Below are positions 57,150 through 61,778 of a stretch of DNA of 61,778 nucleotides, piece by piece (positions within the stretch are counted from its first letter, which is position 1; each line of letters starts with the position of its first letter). The notes under the pieces were generated by a model. It was given only the letters and a program-made list of their open reading frames with translations. It ran no database searches and had not been told where the DNA came from. Origin of the DNA: an uncultured Candidatus Saccharibacteria bacterium (GTDB lineage: Bacteria > Patescibacteriota > Saccharimonadia > CAILAD01 > JADZBC01); contig CAZCAO010000003.1 of the NCBI GenBank assembly GCA_964496815.1, positions 1 through 61,778 of the forward strand, read 5' to 3'. The position numbers were made by a program, and so were the translations under genes.

Positions 57150-57178
57150 ATGATAGCACAGATAGAATAAAATGTCAA
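57150..57178 (-). promoter_or_regulatory. Near-consensus promoter TTGACA-17-TATCAT with extended TG
   Basis: Plus-strand TGTCAA 57173-57178 and ATGATA 57150-57155. Confidence 0.75.
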
Positions 57179-57203
57179 TACTCTATGACAAAAATATATT
57201 AAC

Positions 57204-57246
57204 AAAAGGGAAGGGGTCGCAGCAACCTGATGGTTACTGCGACCCC
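57204..57246 (-). terminator. Terminator after the 57247 ORF
   Basis: GGGGTCGCAGTAACC-ATCA-GGTTGCTGCGACCCC followed by TTCCCTTTT (minus strand). Confidence 0.8.
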
Positions 57247-57582
57247 TTAGGGCCGCTCGAGTGGCTTGGTGTTGTGTTCGGCGGCAATCTGACGCAGGAT
57301 GCGCTCGCGCTCATGTCCGCCGTTGTCTTCGACGCTCCCCAGCGATCGTTGTACGAGCAGCGAGAACAGCTCTTCATTCAACTTGGGGCCGAAGGTGTGA
57401 ACCCCCTGGTCGTAGAGGGCTGCGATGTGAGCCTCTGCATCAAGGAGCTCCCATGGCCGTTCGTCACTTGGTTCTGCACCTGCGTGCATCTCGGTAGCTT
57501 CAAGCATCTCGCGCTGGGCTACCAGGATGTCGATCAGCGTGAGTGCCAACTGCGGCACCAGGCTGTCGTGCTGGTCGCGCAA
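57247..57582 (-). CDS. Hypothetical protein, GC-rich; may start at ATC 57624
   Basis: Open frame between promoter TTGCAT-17-TATAAT and a terminator directly after the stop. Confidence 0.65.
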   Translation of the reverse strand: MRDQHDSLVPQLALTLIDILVAQREMLEATEMHAGAEPSDERPWELLDAEAHIAALYDQGVHTFGPKLNEELFSLLVQRSLGSVEDNGGHERERILRQIAAEHNTKPLERP

Positions 57583-57729
57583 GGCATGTTGCAGTTGGGC
57601 TGTAAGGGACTTTTGGGTAAGGATTTTGGCCTCCAGGGCTCGGACTGACGGGACAAATAGATTATAGACCTCGGCAAATAGTTATGCAATGCATATTAGA
57701 ATCTAGCAATAGTTGTTATAATGTTACGG

Positions 57730-59199
57730 ATGAATCAACATCTCAAAGAAAAACTTAAACAACTCCCGATGAACCCCGGGGTGTATCTATATAAAGATGT
57801 GCAGGGAAATATTATCTACATCGGTAAGGCATCTATCTTAAAGCGCAGGGTGTCTTCGTATTTTAAAAAAAAGCACCAAGATACGAAAACCCCAATATTG
57901 GTTGAAAACATCGCGGATGTTGATTGGATCGTAACGAGCTCAGAGATCGAGGCGTTGTTTTTGGAATCCGAGCTCGTTAAGCGACATAAGCCGCTCTATA
58001 ACGTAGAATTGCGAGATGATAAAAACTTCCTATATATCAAAGTTACGACCCAAGAAGACTTCCCCAGAGTTAGCTATGTGCGTAGGCCGCAGGATGACAA
58101 GGCGACGTATTTTGGCCCATTCATATCTGGCGGCAGTGTGCGTTCTGCTATGCGCTACTTGCGTAGGATATTTCCGTACATTACCGACGCTGCTTGGCCC
58201 AGGGTAAGTGCCCTACAGCACCAGATTGGTGTTTCACCACCACCAGACATTAGCTCGGCGGACTATCGGGCGAATCTACGCAAGCTGATGATGATATTGC
58301 GAGGTAACAGTACGAAGCTTATTCGCGAGATAGAGCGTGCCATGAAGCAGGCGTCAAAAGCCAATCGGTTTGAAGAAGCAGCCAAACTACGCGATCAGTA
58401 TTTAGCACTGCTATCGTTGTCGCAAAAGAGTGTGTTTGGCAAAGAAGAGACCTTTGATTTAACACTGGACCAGGCCCTTAATGGTTTGAGCGATAGGTTT
58501 GGCTTAACTGGTCCACCGAAGCGCATTGAGGCCTATGACATATCGAACTTTGCGGGTGGTGATGCAGTAAGTAGTATGATCGTGTTTACCAATGGCCTGC
58601 CCGATCAGCGTGAATACCGCCATTTTAAAATGCGTACCAAAGGTCCAAATGATTTTGCTATGATGGCGGAGACGATGCGACGACGCTTTAGCGGCAAGCA
58701 TGATTGGCCTAAGCCGGATCTTATACTGATTGACGGCGGCAAAGGTCAGCTTTCGGCCGCGAGTGAGGTGCTCGAAGAACTCGGCGTAAACATACCGCGC
58801 TTTGGATTGGCCAAGAGGCACGAAGAGGTTGTGCGAATTAAGGATCAGGTATCTAGTAGGGCAATCATAAAGCCACAAGAAGACGATGAGCTACTGGAGG
58901 AAGAAGTATTTACTACCTTGCGCATACAGCACAGTTCACCGTCCCTTCAGCTATTACAGCGCGTGCGCGATGAGGCACATCGGTTTGCGGTAAGTTACCA
59001 CACACATCTGCGGGATAAGCGCACCAAGACATCGCTATTGGATGGCATACCTGGTGTCGGCCCTGTGACGCGCCGTAAACTAGTGCGTAGTTTTGGCAGT
59101 GTGACCGGGGTTCGTCAGGCGTCTGTAGAGGAATTACGAGTCATCGTTGGTGCAAAGGCCGAGCTGGTTTTCGAAGCCATTCACAGTCAGGAAAGTTAA
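57730..59199 (+). CDS. uvrC: Excinuclease ABC subunit C
   Basis: GIY-YIG (PGVY, YIGKA, LE..L.K...P.YN), YDISN, LILIDGGKGQ, RDEAHRFA, HhH; start 7 nt after TATAAT. Confidence 0.96.
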   Translation: MNQHLKEKLKQLPMNPGVYLYKDVQGNIIYIGKASILKRRVSSYFKKKHQDTKTPILVENIADVDWIVTSSEIEALFLESELVKRHKPLYNVELRDDKNFLYIKVTTQEDFPRVSYVRRPQDDKATYFGPFISGGSVRSAMRYLRRIFPYITDAAWPRVSALQHQIGVSPPPDISSADYRANLRKLMMILRGNSTKLIREIERAMKQASKANRFEEAAKLRDQYLALLSLSQKSVFGKEETFDLTLDQALNGLSDRFGLTGPPKRIEAYDISNFAGGDAVSSMIVFTNGLPDQREYRHFKMRTKGPNDFAMMAETMRRRFSGKHDWPKPDLILIDGGKGQLSAASEVLEELGVNIPRFGLAKRHEEVVRIKDQVSSRAIIKPQEDDELLEEEVFTTLRIQHSSPSLQLLQRVRDEAHRFAVSYHTHLRDKRTKTSLLDGIPGVGPVTRRKLVRSFGSVTGVRQASVEELRVIVGAKAELVFEAIHSQES

Positions 59200-59231
59200 T
59201 CCACTAACCTGCCATATGGTATAATGAAACA

Positions 59232-59588
59232 ATGTTAAAGCGCTTTTTATATAGCTGGGCAGTGAACTTTATTGGCCTCACCATCGCCGCTCAATTGTTT
59301 TCAGGCATACAGTATCAGGACAAGTTACGCGTACTCGTGGTAGCGAGTTTGGTTTTTGGTCTGGTTAACGCGTTAATCCGACCTTTAGCAATCATTCTTT
59401 CGCTGCCAGCGATTATGCTCACACTCGGTCTTTTTACGCTCGTTATTAATACTGGAATGCTGTATTTGACCAGTGCTATATATGAGCCATTTAATATCAC
59501 CTCGGTCTGGTCGGCTCTTGGAGCGGTTATGATCGTTTGGCTTGTTAACTACACTGCCATTAGCCTAATGAAGGAGCAAAAATCATGA
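59232..59588 (+). CDS. 4-TM phage holin-like family protein (YvlD-like)
   Basis: GLVNALIRP...LSLP....TLGLF..VIN. Confidence 0.85.
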   Translation: MLKRFLYSWAVNFIGLTIAAQLFSGIQYQDKLRVLVVASLVFGLVNALIRPLAIILSLPAIMLTLGLFTLVINTGMLYLTSAIYEPFNITSVWSALGAVMIVWLVNYTAISLMKEQKS

Positions 59589-59803
59589 AGCAAATTCTAC
59601 AGTATATTACCCTCGTGAGTGCCTTGCTACTGACGGTGGTCATATTGCTACAAAACCAGGGTGCAGGCCTGGGTGGTGCTTGGGGTGGGGAAGGTAACTT
59701 TTACCGATCTAAGCGTGGCGCCGAAAAGGCATTGTTCATTGGCACAATTGTAATCGCAACTGTTTTTGTAGGAAGTTTATTGGGCGGTTTAATCATTAAG
59801 TAA
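59585..59803 (+). CDS. secG: Preprotein translocase subunit SecG
   Basis: ILLQ..GAGLGGAWGG....RSKRGAEK. Confidence 0.92.
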   Translation: MKQILQYITLVSALLLTVVILLQNQGAGLGGAWGGEGNFYRSKRGAEKALFIGTIVIATVFVGSLLGGLIIK

Positions 59804-61530
59804 TGTGGTCCTATCTCAAATTTAGATGGCATCGTCAGGGACGGCGCTTGCGTAAGCAAATTTGGGTGGGGCGTCGCTGGCTGAGCAATTATTTAGACCG
59901 GCATGTGTACGGTGCGTGGCAAAAGCTTGGGCCGCTGCGCTGGATGTTTGTGTCTTGGCTCGTGATTGTCACGATATCTATCTGGGGTGTGTTAAGCGGC
60001 ATCAGTAACTTGGATTCATTTTTTATCACCACCCGGCCTGAACGAGGCGGCGTTTATACAGAAGGCTTGCTGGGTGAAGTTCGTATTCTGAATCCAATTC
60101 TGCCCGAGAACACTGCCACGAGTGATGTCAATCGATTGATCTTCAATGGCTTAACACGCATTGGTACGGATCGCAAGATTGAGCCAGATTTGGCAGAGCG
60201 CTGGGAGGTTTCGGCCGACCAAAAGAGCTACACGTTCTATTTACGTAAAGGCGTAACGTGGCATGATGGCCAGCCCTTTACTGCCAAAGACGTTGCCTTT
60301 ACCGTCGCGGCGATACAAAATCCTGATAGTAAGTCGCCGTTGGCCTACAACTGGCAGGGTATCAAATACGAAATTTTGAATGAAAGAACGATTAAATTCA
60401 CCCTGCCTAATAGCTACACCGCGTTCTTGTCGGCTACAACGGTTGGAATACTGCCTAGTCATTTGCTTGACTCGATTCAGTTATCAGCACTGCGGATTAA
60501 TCCATTCAGCCAGAGACCAATTGGCACAGGTCCATACGTACTTGATGATTTCGGTACTGGCAAAGGACTGATTACTCTCCGCGCGTACAGCGACTATTTC
60601 CGTGGCCGACCGAGGATAGATGAGGTCCACTTTGCGCTCTATGCTACGCCAGCCGCCTTGCTCGACGGCTATGCGCGTAAGCAGATTATGGGAGTGTCCC
60701 AGCTAAATGCCACCCAGCTTGTTTCGGCACAAAAGAATGAAGCATTGAAGATCCACGAATACAGTTTGCCAGCGTACGTTGGGTTGTTTTACAACACCAA
60801 GAATCCATATTTGGCCGACCAGGTGGTACGGCAGGGTATAGCGCAGGCTGTAGACCGGGATAGTTTGATTGCTGGTTCACTTTCGAGTCGAGCAGTGCCA
60901 GTTTATTATCCTATTTTGCCCGGCCAACCTGGGTTTAACCCCAAAGCAAATCGCTACCCACACGACTTGCCTGCTGCACAACGCATTCTGCAGTCCAAAA
61001 AGCTGACTAAACCACTGCAGCTTGTGACGCTTAAATCTCCAGAATACAGTGCCGTAGCACGACAGATCGGTCAGCAGCTCGAGCTGGCTGGGCTACCGGT
61101 ACAGGTTAAGGAAGTTGATATAGTTAGCTTGCAGCAAAATCATATTCGACCAAGAAACTATGATTTGCTTCTGTACGGACAGAATGCCGGTGTTGATTCG
61201 GACGTGTATTCCTTCTGGCATTCAAGCCAGATTGCAGACCCAGGGCTCAATGTTTCGAATTACAAGAACCCTGAGGCCGATAAACTACTCGAGGCTGCTC
61301 GGCTGGGTCGCGATCCGAGTGTTCGGGCTGCAAAATATGCTAGTTTCGTAGAGGTATGGGCAAAGGATGTGCCGGCGGTTTTGCTCTACAGCCCTCTGTA
61401 CCTGTATGGGCAAGACGTTCGCATAGAGGGTGTCGTGAATGGCAAAATTGCTGAACCAAGTGATCGGTTAAATGGTATTGAAACTTGGTTTATGAAGCGA
61501 GTACGAGTCCTCAAGAGCGATCGGTCATAA
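59803..61530 (+). CDS. Family 5 (peptide/nickel) solute-binding protein with N-terminal TM anchor
   Basis: IFNGL....PDLAERWEVS.D...YTFYLRKGVTWHDG.PFTAKDV, PIGTGPY. Confidence 0.9.
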   Translation: MWSYLKFRWHRQGRRLRKQIWVGRRWLSNYLDRHVYGAWQKLGPLRWMFVSWLVIVTISIWGVLSGISNLDSFFITTRPERGGVYTEGLLGEVRILNPILPENTATSDVNRLIFNGLTRIGTDRKIEPDLAERWEVSADQKSYTFYLRKGVTWHDGQPFTAKDVAFTVAAIQNPDSKSPLAYNWQGIKYEILNERTIKFTLPNSYTAFLSATTVGILPSHLLDSIQLSALRINPFSQRPIGTGPYVLDDFGTGKGLITLRAYSDYFRGRPRIDEVHFALYATPAALLDGYARKQIMGVSQLNATQLVSAQKNEALKIHEYSLPAYVGLFYNTKNPYLADQVVRQGIAQAVDRDSLIAGSLSSRAVPVYYPILPGQPGFNPKANRYPHDLPAAQRILQSKKLTKPLQLVTLKSPEYSAVARQIGQQLELAGLPVQVKEVDIVSLQQNHIRPRNYDLLLYGQNAGVDSDVYSFWHSSQIADPGLNVSNYKNPEADKLLEAARLGRDPSVRAAKYASFVEVWAKDVPAVLLYSPLYLYGQDVRIEGVVNGKIAEPSDRLNGIETWFMKRVRVLKSDRS

Positions 61531-61584
61531 GTCTGTACTGACCTGGGCGGGCTGTAGTACAATGCAGTAGTTCGCGAGGCTTGT

Positions 61585-61735
61585 GTCCAGGTATGACGCT
61601 AAACTACCTGTATAAAAATATGAGCCGCGGTGGTGCTGCGTGAAACGTAAATATGCGTAGACACCAGCGTGTCATGAGATACGAGGTCCAAGTATGACGA
61701 TAAACTACTGATTTGAAATACGAGCCGCGGTGGTG
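61585..61735 (+). repeat. Degenerate tandem duplication, period about 100 bp, including the tRNA-Leu 5' end
   Basis: GTCCARGTATGACGMTAAACTAC...AAATAYGAGCCGCGGTGGTG at 61585-61635 and 61686-61735. Confidence 0.85.
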
Positions 61736-61778
61736 GAATGGTAGACACGCTAGCTTCAGGTGCTAGTGGGAGCAATCC
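61724..61778 (+). tRNA. tRNA-Leu(CAG), truncated by the window end
   Basis: GCCGCGG acceptor, GTG-GAATGGTAGA-CAC D arm, CTAGC-TTCAGGT-GCTAG anticodon arm, long variable arm GGGAGCAATCC. Confidence 0.93.

Noticed and set aside
56119-57205. Many long overlapping alternative ORFs (319, 281, 186 aa and others)
   Set aside because: Expected from stop-codon scarcity at 65-75% GC; only the 56196-56966 frame has an SD, G/C-ending codons and a promoter.
59232-59588. Holin and baseplate-like genes as evidence for a prophage
   Set aside because: Both sit in housekeeping operons about 55 kb apart; no capsid, terminase or integrase.
61693-61711. Box C/D K-turn (ATGACGA...CTGA) in repeat copy 2
   Set aside because: The D box is not kept in copy 1 (CTGT); no support.

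Overview
A 61.8 kb chromosomal window from a Patescibacteria (CPR) bacterium, probably Saccharimonadia or a neighbouring lineage. This is inferred from gene content and order, Cys-free L32/L33, split transketolase, short ProRS and a DsbA-VKOR pair. It is mostly housekeeping: ftsA-like/baseplate-J-like/ruvX/mltG, a LysM-CHAP hydrolase, pcrA, obgE, mscL, murF, leuS, rpmF-nusB-NUDIX-rnc, a short smc, rpsP-khpA-trmD, a Drr-type ABC exporter, MFS, queA-tgt, an orphan histidine kinase, proS, ogt, xth, rpmG, dsbA-vkor, gap-rpiB-rpe-tkt-pfkB x2-trxB-grx, uvrB/uvrA/uvrC, secG, an orphan peptide-binding protein and three tRNAs (Ala-GGC, Gln-CTG, Leu-CAG cut by the window end). I saw no CRISPR array, integrase, transposase or prophage. 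Main observations: (1) six solitary GC-rich ORFs, each with its own promoter, an SD sequence and a bulged 3' hairpin (three hairpin loops share AACG), one also with a 30-bp 5'-UTR hairpin; (2) a Leu-codon leader-peptide attenuator before leuS; (3) many apparently leaderless genes; (4) a degenerate 100-bp tandem duplication containing a tRNA-Leu-like 5' half; (5) several enzymes with altered catalytic motifs (Cmk P-loop Lys lost, PfkB GAGD lost, hinge-less SMC, atypical TGT pocket). All family assignments come from motif recognition by eye; no searches were run.
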